Shown one piece after another: positions 43,701-50,653 of a stretch of 61,464 nucleotides of DNA. The first letter of the stretch is position 1. The number at the start of each line of letters is the position of its first letter. The position numbers were made by a program, and so were the translations under genes. Below the pieces are notes generated by a model. The model did not search any database and was not told the origin of the DNA. It was given only the letters and a program-made list of their open reading frames with translations. Source of the DNA: an uncultured bacterium (GTDB lineage Bacteria; Krumholzibacteriota; Krumholzibacteriia; WVZY01); contig CBDVBZ010000005.1 in the NCBI GenBank assembly GCA_965372355.1, positions 1-61,464 on the forward strand. The letters run 5' to 3'.

Positions 43701-44035
43701 TGCTCGAGGTGTATGAGCTCGTTCGCAAAAAAAGTCGAGTCGCGAGTGCTGCCGTCGGGCAGCTCACGCATAAGAGTGTCGGTAAACTGGACCTGGAGCG
43801 CGAGGAGACGAAGCGTATCGATTCCCGTGGCCTGGTTCTCGAGAAGGCCGCGGACATTCGCGCGCTGATAGACATTCAAGCGCGTCGATACGGGTAATGG
43901 CGCCCGTTTGGCGTAGCTGTCCTTGGCTCTGTAGGCAGGCGCACCGGTACCACCCCGACAGACGCCGGGTAAGAGCGAAGGTAGCAACAAAAGTGTTGAG
44001 AGGGCCGGGACGAGGAAACGTGTAGCCTTCACCAA
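40706..44035 (-). CDS. Secreted M6 (immune inhibitor A)-like, FG-GAP repeat and T9SS-type CTD protein; zinc site degenerate
   Basis: HAGAGQETD, LMSYG Met-turn, several DxDGxG repeats, VYPNPV...LASGVYLLRL. Confidence 0.85.
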   Translation of the reverse strand: MVKATRFLVPALSTLLLLPSLLPGVCRGGTGAPAYRAKDSYAKRAPLPVSTRLNVYQRANVRGLLENQATGIDTLRLLALQVQFTDTLMRELPDGSTRDSTFFANELIHLEQYYNGASRGELVIAWRVTPRVYTAPKEMGYYGDDDFEDVRVVELMQTVIDSADADENFSLYDTFMILHAGAGQETDIYDNSRDQLFSTFFDRTDINAAFEDSTVYGLQTNDSLGGQPFLVDNFMVVPESASQDDITIGQLGIWAFEVGSRLGLLPLFDSTPSGFPDSRGIGEFELMSYGLFNAQGFVPAFPSAFNRVIAGWVDPIDVGADESFRLRDINSPVPGDTSCLRISITESEYFLVTNRVHDTNFDSLFTFGDLDSNQIPENTDSLEGAEFDFFLTDFTNPFIVKPDPNTGVPRRFVNTGSGIYIWHVDENVIRQNADAGMLPNNYVSRKGVDMEEADGIQDMDNTAGAFSFGSHFDSYRDGNNTAFGPTTTPNSASNSLARSGISVTGISVPDSFMTCSVQIARAYDETRTRWMAPVRHQPPTAFDLNAAGAEELVVLADTGRVYAFKEDGSEFLDRDGDPATIEPYFSVPGAVWVGAPAFGDIDGGGDEEIAATSVDGRVFVWKGDSTAVLNYQAGPLAAPPMLVDVNEDTNLDIVIVERIADSLVIRFIDAAGSDVEPVDVTIQTLWPVRLQAQYCAPLGYGALGKPGRDSEGVVVAWADTIRSVYGIHYLPVRVRSGLGWAVETGTFEPEGPINERFPPLSSPSIADLNGDGFDAAVVTIPDGRLVLFAPSTNFPTSDAAGGQRTPPAIPNPLRIVALRAANPSAPGLGDIDGNGTVEIAVFDDSNFYVFENNGKLRTNWPKPPRPTELGDWPPLAFDNTLTSPLIGNINGDASTEIIFPVVDGTIFVFSPGGTMVSGFPRVGPSGLGATPTIRDLDGSGELSFVALGAPGLLETIDAVSDSLLLDDMVVLSIQSLPGSSASGQNDWPMYQNDRKRQGKVGQTNPQPSASHITEPNSFIVYPNPVRESEVHARIVLNTSATVDVEIYNLEGEQAISKKYTWYNSAGAIQTPFDEIIDVKKLASGVYLLRLSVEAPGGSESFVKTFAVLR

Positions 44036-44274
44036 TGCTTCTTTCTATCTAGAAATCAAAAGGTAATCTAACACATGGGGCTAAAGGGGGCAATAGCAAA
44101 GGGGAGCTGGTCTTAGCAAACGCCGCCCCTGATCGGCAGTCACTTCAACTCAACTCCCCCTTACACTTGGTCGGCGTTCAAACCAGCCTGCTTCTTGCGC
44201 CACCTGCGAGTGAGCGCTTGCTACCAGCCAACCAAAAACAAAGTCCCGTCAGCAACGATGGGGGAACAGACCTT

Positions 44275-45459
44275 TCAACGCGACCCATGCTTCTCTTTCT
44301 CTCGCGACCTGGACTTGCCGCCGCTCGAGGTTTTCTTCGAAGCCTTGGTAGACGGCTTCGACTGTTGGGCATGAGCAACCTGCTGCGTCTTCTTCGTAAC
44401 CTTTTTCGCCCTCGCGTCGTGCTTCGACACAGTCGCGACGCCGGAACGAGAATCCTGCCGCGCGCGCTCATCATAGCTGCGTTTCTCCAGTTGCCTGCGC
44501 ATTGCGGATAGATCCTTCTTGCTCTGAACGAATGAGCTCCTGCTCGATATCAGTTTGTTGGATGTTGCCGCCCGGGTATCGGTCTTGCGCTTCTTCAGCG
44601 GCTTGACGGCCCGAGCCTCGTATGCGACCGGCTTGCTGTGCTGCCTGTCCTTGACCGTATTCGCGCGCACATCGTCCCGCCACCGATCCGTCCGCACGAC
44701 GTCCGTATAGCTGTCCGCATTGCTCCCACCTTTGTGGGCCGGGCGCAGAGCCCGGTACGGGTCCTTTGCATGAACGCTGTACTGTCTGTAGCTCTCGCAA
44801 CCGGAGCGGCAGTACCTGCGCGTGCCGTGGTAGTCGTGCCAACCGGCACACAAGTAGCTTGGGTATCGCACATATTCTCTGATGTAGAACCGGGCGTGGC
44901 TGACGCCGATCACGCGATAGTCGCAGGACGGCGGGACGAGGCCGAGATAGAAAGTCCTCGCCGCGAGATACGGGTCACCGTAAATCTGCCAGCCGAAGTT
45001 GCCTGCGAAAACACCCCAGCCATAGTGCCTGTACGTAAACCGAACGGGGCTGGAAACGGCAAACGCATAGGCGATGCCGCGATCGAACGTGCCGGCCAAA
45101 TCGAAGTCGGCCAGGTAGAACCGGTAGACCCTGCCGCCTCGCAGATACGTGTTGTCGTAGGGCGACATCGGATAGACGACGTGGATATAACCCGCCGTAT
45201 CAACCACATATACAGCCGCATAACAGTTGCGTGACGCGCGCACATTAAGAACGGCATTCTCGACGGTCGGGTACACATCATAGCCATACGCATCTTCGCT
45301 GTAGACCTCGTCGGCCTCCATCCACACGCGGATGTCCGCGGGGCGAGTTGTGTAGGTGAAGCTACCGTGGACACCGGCCTGGGCCGGTACAAACGCCGCC
45401 GCCGACAAGATCATGCTCCCCGCGAGGAGCGCGAGCACTGCAATCGCATTCCGTCTCAT
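44275..45459 (-). CDS. Secreted DUF4384-like protein with K/R/S-rich tail
   Basis: Signal peptide; RASRNCYAAVYVVDTAGYIHVVYP; overlaps the upstream stop (ATGA). Confidence 0.75.
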   Translation of the reverse strand: MRRNAIAVLALLAGSMILSAAAFVPAQAGVHGSFTYTTRPADIRVWMEADEVYSEDAYGYDVYPTVENAVLNVRASRNCYAAVYVVDTAGYIHVVYPMSPYDNTYLRGGRVYRFYLADFDLAGTFDRGIAYAFAVSSPVRFTYRHYGWGVFAGNFGWQIYGDPYLAARTFYLGLVPPSCDYRVIGVSHARFYIREYVRYPSYLCAGWHDYHGTRRYCRSGCESYRQYSVHAKDPYRALRPAHKGGSNADSYTDVVRTDRWRDDVRANTVKDRQHSKPVAYEARAVKPLKKRKTDTRAATSNKLISSRSSFVQSKKDLSAMRRQLEKRSYDERARQDSRSGVATVSKHDARAKKVTKKTQQVAHAQQSKPSTKASKKTSSGGKSRSREKEKHGSR

Positions 45460-46313
45460 CGCTGTGCACCTCCTACGCCAGGGGCCAGTTCTTGATTATT
45501 GATGTCCTTCTGGTACGCCCAGTCGAGCGTGACCGATGCGGTAGACACCGCCACCACATTGATTTTCGCCATGTTAAAAGTGATGTCGACGATCCGGACG
45601 ATATAACTGTGGCCCTGGATGAGCTCGACCTGGCCGCTGGGCGCCCACCCAGCCACGGGCGCCCAGTCGACATAGATCAGATCGATGAAACCATAGTCCT
45701 GGACGTCCACTCCGGCCCCCTGGTCGGCGAATAGCGTGGGTACGCCATTAGGGGCGCCGAAGTAAACATCCGTCGTGGTTTCGTCCCAAGCCTGAGGGAA
45801 ACCGTAAGGTTCGGAGGAGAAATCGTATCCGCTCAGGCTATCTGCTTGCCCCAGATAATCGAATAAAACCAGGTTGGTCCCCTCGGGACGAGGGGTGTCG
45901 AAGATATCCTCATAACTGAGTTCGCTCTCCAACCCGTCTCTGTCAAATGCCAGAACTGCGTAGAAGTAGGTGACGCCGTTATCCACGTCGGTGTCGACAT
46001 AACATGTGGTGCTGGCGCCGACCCTGGCAACAAACTGGAAGTTGCCGGTCGCCTCGCTGTTCCAGTAAATATCGTAACCGGCAATATCATCTTCGGGATT
46101 AGGATTCCAACAGATCTCCACCTGGAGATCACCGGTGATGCTGTACACACCATCCGGAGCACTCGGCGGGCCATTGTCAAACACAACCATTGGATCTTCG
46201 TCGTCGCCGCACCCGACAAGTGTGACGGCGACGACGGCAATCGCAGCAACGATGGGGAAAACGATTCCATGGCCCCGATGTTGTAACTCTCTTATGCGGA
46301 ATCTCTTTCTCAT
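45456..46313 (-). CDS. Fibronectin-III domain lipoprotein
   Basis: Lipobox LVGC; W.PNPE.DIAGYDIY...YFYAVLAFD..GLES. Confidence 0.82.
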   Translation of the reverse strand: MRKRFRIRELQHRGHGIVFPIVAAIAVVAVTLVGCGDDEDPMVVFDNGPPSAPDGVYSITGDLQVEICWNPNPEDDIAGYDIYWNSEATGNFQFVARVGASTTCYVDTDVDNGVTYFYAVLAFDRDGLESELSYEDIFDTPRPEGTNLVLFDYLGQADSLSGYDFSSEPYGFPQAWDETTTDVYFGAPNGVPTLFADQGAGVDVQDYGFIDLIYVDWAPVAGWAPSGQVELIQGHSYIVRIVDITFNMAKINVVAVSTASVTLDWAYQKDINNQELAPGVGGAQR

Positions 46314-46329
46314 CACGGCGACATATAGC

Positions 46330-46344
46330 GCAATGGTCGTGCCA
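46330..46344 (-). promoter_or_regulatory. sigma54 -24/-12 promoter
   Basis: TGGCACG-ACCA-TTGC, exact consensus and spacing. Confidence 0.85.
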
Positions 46345-46545
46345 AGCCCGCCAGAATGCCGATCAACCGGCTCTTCAGCACGCCTAACTTGCTGTATGTA
46401 AGCGGATTACAAGTTCGACAAGACAAGCCAAACCATGGTCCCGGAGCGGTTCTCGGACCCTTTGGGAGCCTCTCAGTCGTTACCAAGAGACAACACCCTG
46501 TCTCCAAAAAGGGACACTCTCTGAGGGAGTGATCCGGGCGTACCC

Positions 46546-46577
46546 AAAAAAAACGAGGCCCCAAGACGGGACCTCGT
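46546..46577 (-). terminator. Rho-independent terminator of the candidate ncRNA
   Basis: ACGAGGTCCC-gtctt-GGGGCCTCGT followed by T7. Confidence 0.8.
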
Positions 46578-46857
46578 GAAGGAGAGTACACAAAAAAGCT
46601 GACGATCACTTCCTCAGGAGTTAATGTCGAGACCCCACCTCTCGAGATTAACATACTCCGCAAAGCTAGCAGCTAAGCCTAAGAGGAGTGTGATCGCCAG
46701 CTTCCTTGTTATTCGCGACCGTGAGGTCGCTATTCTCTAGGAGAAAAGCCTCATTTCTTTTCTCCGCTCCGAATCCAGGTTGGATTCTTGGGGACGAATC
46801 CCCAAGAATCCTTCCCCCACCAGATGGAAGTTCCTTACGCACGGGATGACTTCCACT
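46546..46857 (-). ncRNA. Candidate structured non-coding RNA (~310 nt), class not recognised
   Basis: Bounded by a sigma54 promoter and a terminator; five consecutive helices; UUCG loop and G-U pairs favour the minus strand. Confidence 0.7.
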
Positions 46858-46868
46858 GTATTGCTATG

Positions 46869-46883
46869 GCAAGCCGCGTGCCA
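46869..46883 (-). promoter_or_regulatory. sigma54 -24/-12 promoter
   Basis: TGGCACG-CGGC-TTGC, exact consensus; predicted +1 about 46857. Confidence 0.87.
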
Positions 46884-47086
46884 GACGCCGTTTCGCGATC
46901 AATTTGCTTAAGTTTATAACCCGGTACGAGAGCGCCGGTTACAGAGATAGTGGATCGGCGCGAACCCGGCCGAATCGACCGCACATTAACAAAGTTTACA
47001 AGACGATCGCGCCAGAAACGCGATATCGATCCAAAACGCTTTAGAATAAGGAAGTTAGAAACAGGAAAAAAGGACTATTAAAACTT

Positions 47087-50000
47087 TTAATAGGTGCGGA
47101 GGTTGTAACGCTTGATCTTCGATAGAAGACTGGGATAGCTGATGCTCAATTCGAGCGCGGCCTGAGATCTGTTCCATTTGTTGCGTTCGAGCGCCGCCTG
47201 GATCTCTACTTTCTCCAGCCGACTGATCCGCTCGCGGAGTGTCATCGGTCTGCCGTTCCCGTTCCTGCCGCCATCCGAGGTGACAATCTCGCTGGGCAGG
47301 TGTATCGGCTCGATCGATTCCCCGTCGTCGGCGAGGATGACCGCGCGCTTCACGACCTTCTCCAACTCGCGGACATTCCCCGGCCAGTGATGCTGCTTCA
47401 ACAGCCCGAGGCCCTCATCCGTGATATCGACGATCTGTTTGTCCATCTCTCGCGTGAACTTGCGGAGATAGTGAAAGAACAAAAGCTCGATATCTTCCCT
47501 GCGCTTGCGCAACGGCGGTACCGTCAGCGGAAAATCGTTGATCCGGTAGAAGAAATCCTCCAGGAACCGGCCCTCATCGCACAGACGCAGCAAGTCGGCC
47601 TTCGACGCGCAGATGACCCGGACATCAACGGATATCAGCTCGTTCGAACCCACTTTCCTCACTTTGCAGGAATCGAGAAACTGGAGAAGCTTGCCCTGCA
47701 TCGCCAGAGTCGTCTTGCCGATCTCATCGAGGAAAATCGTGCCTCCGTTGGCCTCCATGAGCAGACCGTTCTTGTCGGTGGAAGCCCCGGTGAAGGAACC
47801 CTTGACGTGGCCAAAGAGCTCGGACTCGAGGAGGTTCTCTGGCATCGCGGCGCAGTTGATATGAACAAAACGCCTGTCACGCCGATCGCTCAGCAGGTGC
47901 ACGGCATACGCAATCAAGCCTTTGCCCGTTCCCGTCTCGCCCTGGAGCAGAACGGTGGCGTTTGAGTGCGCAACACGCTCCGACAGATTGAGCAGCTTGA
48001 TCATCTCGACATTCTCGGTGACGATGCTTTCGAAACCTTCACCCGAGGGTTTGGGTTTCGGCTCGCGCCGGCGTTCGTTACGCACCAGCTCGTAGATCGA
48101 CAGAGATATCAGTCTCGAACACGCGGCAAAGAAATGGAGCGCGTCCTGCCCGATGGGATTGCGATGACTTTCCTTGTCCTGATGGATACAGATCACGCCC
48201 ACCGCATCGCTCTCAAAACCGAGATCCTGAAAAACGAGCGTTCCCAATCCACCCTTTGTCGACTTAATGACGTCGGACAGTCCCGACTCGCGGTGGGCAT
48301 CCGTGATCGTGAGGCCTTGTTTGCCCCGCGAGGAATCGTCACGTGCACCATGCCATGCCAGAATCGCTTTCGCCTCCCGGGCACCGAATCTCTGACGACA
48401 GACGACATCCAAACCCTTGCCACTCGTTTTGGGAATGGCAACAAAACCACTTTGCGCGTGCAGCTTGCTCATAATCAGCTTGAGCGACGAATTCAAACCC
48501 AACACAAGCTTGTCGCGTGACCGCGCGCCACTGGGAACGGCACCGATCATCGGTATCTGCTCGAGTACCTGACGTGTGTCCCGACGCATCGTCGTTTCGA
48601 CACGCGCGCGCATCGCTGCAAACAGCTTCTGAGACTGCGTATCGCGTTCCTCGTCAGCGATGCGATCGGCCTCGTAGAGAGCGAGCAGCGCATCATCGAG
48701 GTTACCGGAACGGTACTCGACCATCGAGAGAAGCGATTGCGACAGCATCTGCTCTCGTGATTCCTCGATCTTGCCAAAACCGACGATAGTGTCGCTAAGA
48801 AGCTGCTTTGCCTTTAGCAGCGTTTCTTGATCGGAGTTGCGCAGGAAATACCGGCCGAGCATCCGTTTCGAGCGAAGCTTCTCGTAGACATTCCCGTACT
48901 TCCCAAACATCTGAATGCTCGTCTTGAAGCTTGTCGTCGCACCATCCCAGTCCGTCAAACGACGGAGACACTGGGCCTTTGTACGATAGAAATAGCCAAT
49001 CTCGAAAAGCTCTCCACAATTCTGTGCGACTTCCAAACCTTCCTCGATACAAGACAACGCCTCGTTCGGCTGACTCAACTCGAGGTGGACATCGGCAATC
49101 CTCCGGAGCACCTCCGCAGTCACATCGCCTTCCGGCGCGAACTGCCGCGATTTCTCGAGAGCTTTCTGGAGGTTCCGCATCGCCTCTTCGGGCATGCCCC
49201 GGGCGATCATGAGCTCGCCGAGGTACTCATCTGTCAGCGCGGACTCGCGGACGTATCCCAGGTCGTTCGCCATCGCCTGAGCGCGAAGGATGTATTTCTC
49301 CGCCTTGCAGAAATCCCCACATTGGATAAACGTGCGGCCCTGCATGAACAGCGCCTTGGTCAGTTTGTAGGGATCTCCCATGCGCTCCGCCATCGCGGTC
49401 GCCTTGGAGAACGAACTCAGCGCATCGCTAAAACGACGCAGCTTCGCGTAGACGACACCGAGATTCAACTGGACGCGAGTAAGGTGCTGGGTCAACCCCA
49501 GCGATCTTGCCAACTCGAGCGATTTTGACAATGAGGCCAACGCGCGGTTCCACCGGCACGCGTTCTTGTGCAGCAGACCGAGGTTGTTGTACACGTAAGC
49601 GATACCGACCCGATCATCGATGCGCCGGTACGATGACAACGCATCCATAAAGAAGTCCTCCGCCTCGCTGCTCAGTCCGAGACGGTGGTAGGTGTTGGCC
49701 AGCAGCAGCTGGGCGTCCGCGACCTCTTTGTGTTCGTTGGAATGTTTGAGCCTGCGGTATGCGGCAAAACCCAGTTTGAGGGCTTGATCGTATTTTGACT
49801 GAATTAGAAGACCGTACGCTTCGCGTCGCTCGATCTTTCCCAGCGCAGTCTGAGGGGCGTCCTCGGTAAGGAGGGTCCTTGCCCGGTCGAGCCACTCCTT
49901 TGACTCCCGGTGCCTGCCCTTATGTCGGTGGCAATCACTGACACGCAGCAACAACCGATATCGATCAGGGAAGTTCTTTAGCTCCGGTGTTTTGAGTGCT

Positions 50001-50143
50001 TCTTGGAAGTATTCGATCGCGGTAGAATAGTTCTCCGTCGAGAAATGCATCTCACCGACCTCCGCGCTAGGCGCAACTATCGGTTCGGAGAACTTCTTTC
50101 TATTCTGTTGGAGCCGGTCTTTATCGTCCCGTGCGTTAGACAT
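47087..50143 (-). CDS. TPR-GAF-AAA+-Fis sigma54-dependent enhancer-binding protein
   Basis: About 500 aa of TPR-like helices; GETGTGKG; ELFGHVKGSFTGA; FLDEIG; WPGNVRELE; C-terminal HTH; no receiver domain. Confidence 0.92.
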   Translation of the reverse strand: MSNARDDKDRLQQNRKKFSEPIVAPSAEVGEMHFSTENYSTAIEYFQEALKTPELKNFPDRYRLLLRVSDCHRHKGRHRESKEWLDRARTLLTEDAPQTALGKIERREAYGLLIQSKYDQALKLGFAAYRRLKHSNEHKEVADAQLLLANTYHRLGLSSEAEDFFMDALSSYRRIDDRVGIAYVYNNLGLLHKNACRWNRALASLSKSLELARSLGLTQHLTRVQLNLGVVYAKLRRFSDALSSFSKATAMAERMGDPYKLTKALFMQGRTFIQCGDFCKAEKYILRAQAMANDLGYVRESALTDEYLGELMIARGMPEEAMRNLQKALEKSRQFAPEGDVTAEVLRRIADVHLELSQPNEALSCIEEGLEVAQNCGELFEIGYFYRTKAQCLRRLTDWDGATTSFKTSIQMFGKYGNVYEKLRSKRMLGRYFLRNSDQETLLKAKQLLSDTIVGFGKIEESREQMLSQSLLSMVEYRSGNLDDALLALYEADRIADEERDTQSQKLFAAMRARVETTMRRDTRQVLEQIPMIGAVPSGARSRDKLVLGLNSSLKLIMSKLHAQSGFVAIPKTSGKGLDVVCRQRFGAREAKAILAWHGARDDSSRGKQGLTITDAHRESGLSDVIKSTKGGLGTLVFQDLGFESDAVGVICIHQDKESHRNPIGQDALHFFAACSRLISLSIYELVRNERRREPKPKPSGEGFESIVTENVEMIKLLNLSERVAHSNATVLLQGETGTGKGLIAYAVHLLSDRRDRRFVHINCAAMPENLLESELFGHVKGSFTGASTDKNGLLMEANGGTIFLDEIGKTTLAMQGKLLQFLDSCKVRKVGSNELISVDVRVICASKADLLRLCDEGRFLEDFFYRINDFPLTVPPLRKRREDIELLFFHYLRKFTREMDKQIVDITDEGLGLLKQHHWPGNVRELEKVVKRAVILADDGESIEPIHLPSEIVTSDGGRNGNGRPMTLRERISRLEKVEIQAALERNKWNRSQAALELSISYPSLLSKIKRYNLRTY

Positions 50144-50191
50144 TGCTAAATCCCGCTCTATTGCTCAACTGCAGTTATGACAACGGTTAGT

Positions 50192-50521
50192 TTAGAACAC
50201 TATCCGAACATTCCTGAGAAAGTACATCCACCAGACCCTTGCCTCCGGTCCGGCCGGAAAATAACCTGAAACATTCGCTCCACCGGAGCCGCCACCATCG
50301 GGCCGCGTTCCAGGTTTGATACCGGCAAGATCGTCTCCATCCCCCTCGTCATCTTCTCCCGAATTGCCGTAACCGCCATCACCAGGCGCCGGACCAGGCG
50401 GGAGAATATGGATATTGGTGGGAGAATCTGTATAACCGGGGGATTTGGCAGAGGGCGTTGTGGCTGGATATACGAGCAGGATAGCCAGAACGGCTATACA
50501 CACTACAAGTACCCGTTTCAT
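50192..50521 (-). CDS. Small exported low-complexity protein (109 aa), possible signalling-peptide precursor
   Basis: AAGGAG RBS; signal peptide MKRVLVVCIAVLAILLVYPA; Gly/Pro/acidic core; aromatic tail VWWMYFLRNVRIVF; ends 48 nt before the bEBP start. Confidence 0.75.
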   Translation of the reverse strand: MKRVLVVCIAVLAILLVYPATTPSAKSPGYTDSPTNIHILPPGPAPGDGGYGNSGEDDEGDGDDLAGIKPGTRPDGGGSGGANVSGYFPAGPEARVWWMYFLRNVRIVF

Positions 50522-50602
50522 CCGACCATCATCTCCTTCCCACAAGTCGCGAGAATAACCAAATCAGAAGGGAGGTATAGAGGTAATCTATACCTCTATC
50601 AG

Positions 50603-50631
50603 AACATAGTGGGGGGGGTTAGCGATGTCAA
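50603..50631 (-). promoter_or_regulatory. sigma70-type promoter with C8 tract in the spacer
   Basis: TTGACA-N17-TATGTT. Confidence 0.55.
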
Positions 50632-50653
50632 GGGCTCAAACGTGGCTTTTCCG

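Noticed and set aside
46313-46663. 116-aa ORF on the minus strand
   Set aside because: It crosses two terminators and a sigma54 promoter and has no recognisable protein features.
46546-46857. CsrB/RsmZ-type sponge, tmRNA, 6S, SRP or RNase P identity for the RNA
   Set aside because: Most GGA motifs are in stems rather than loops, and the signature sequences or shapes of the other classes are absent.
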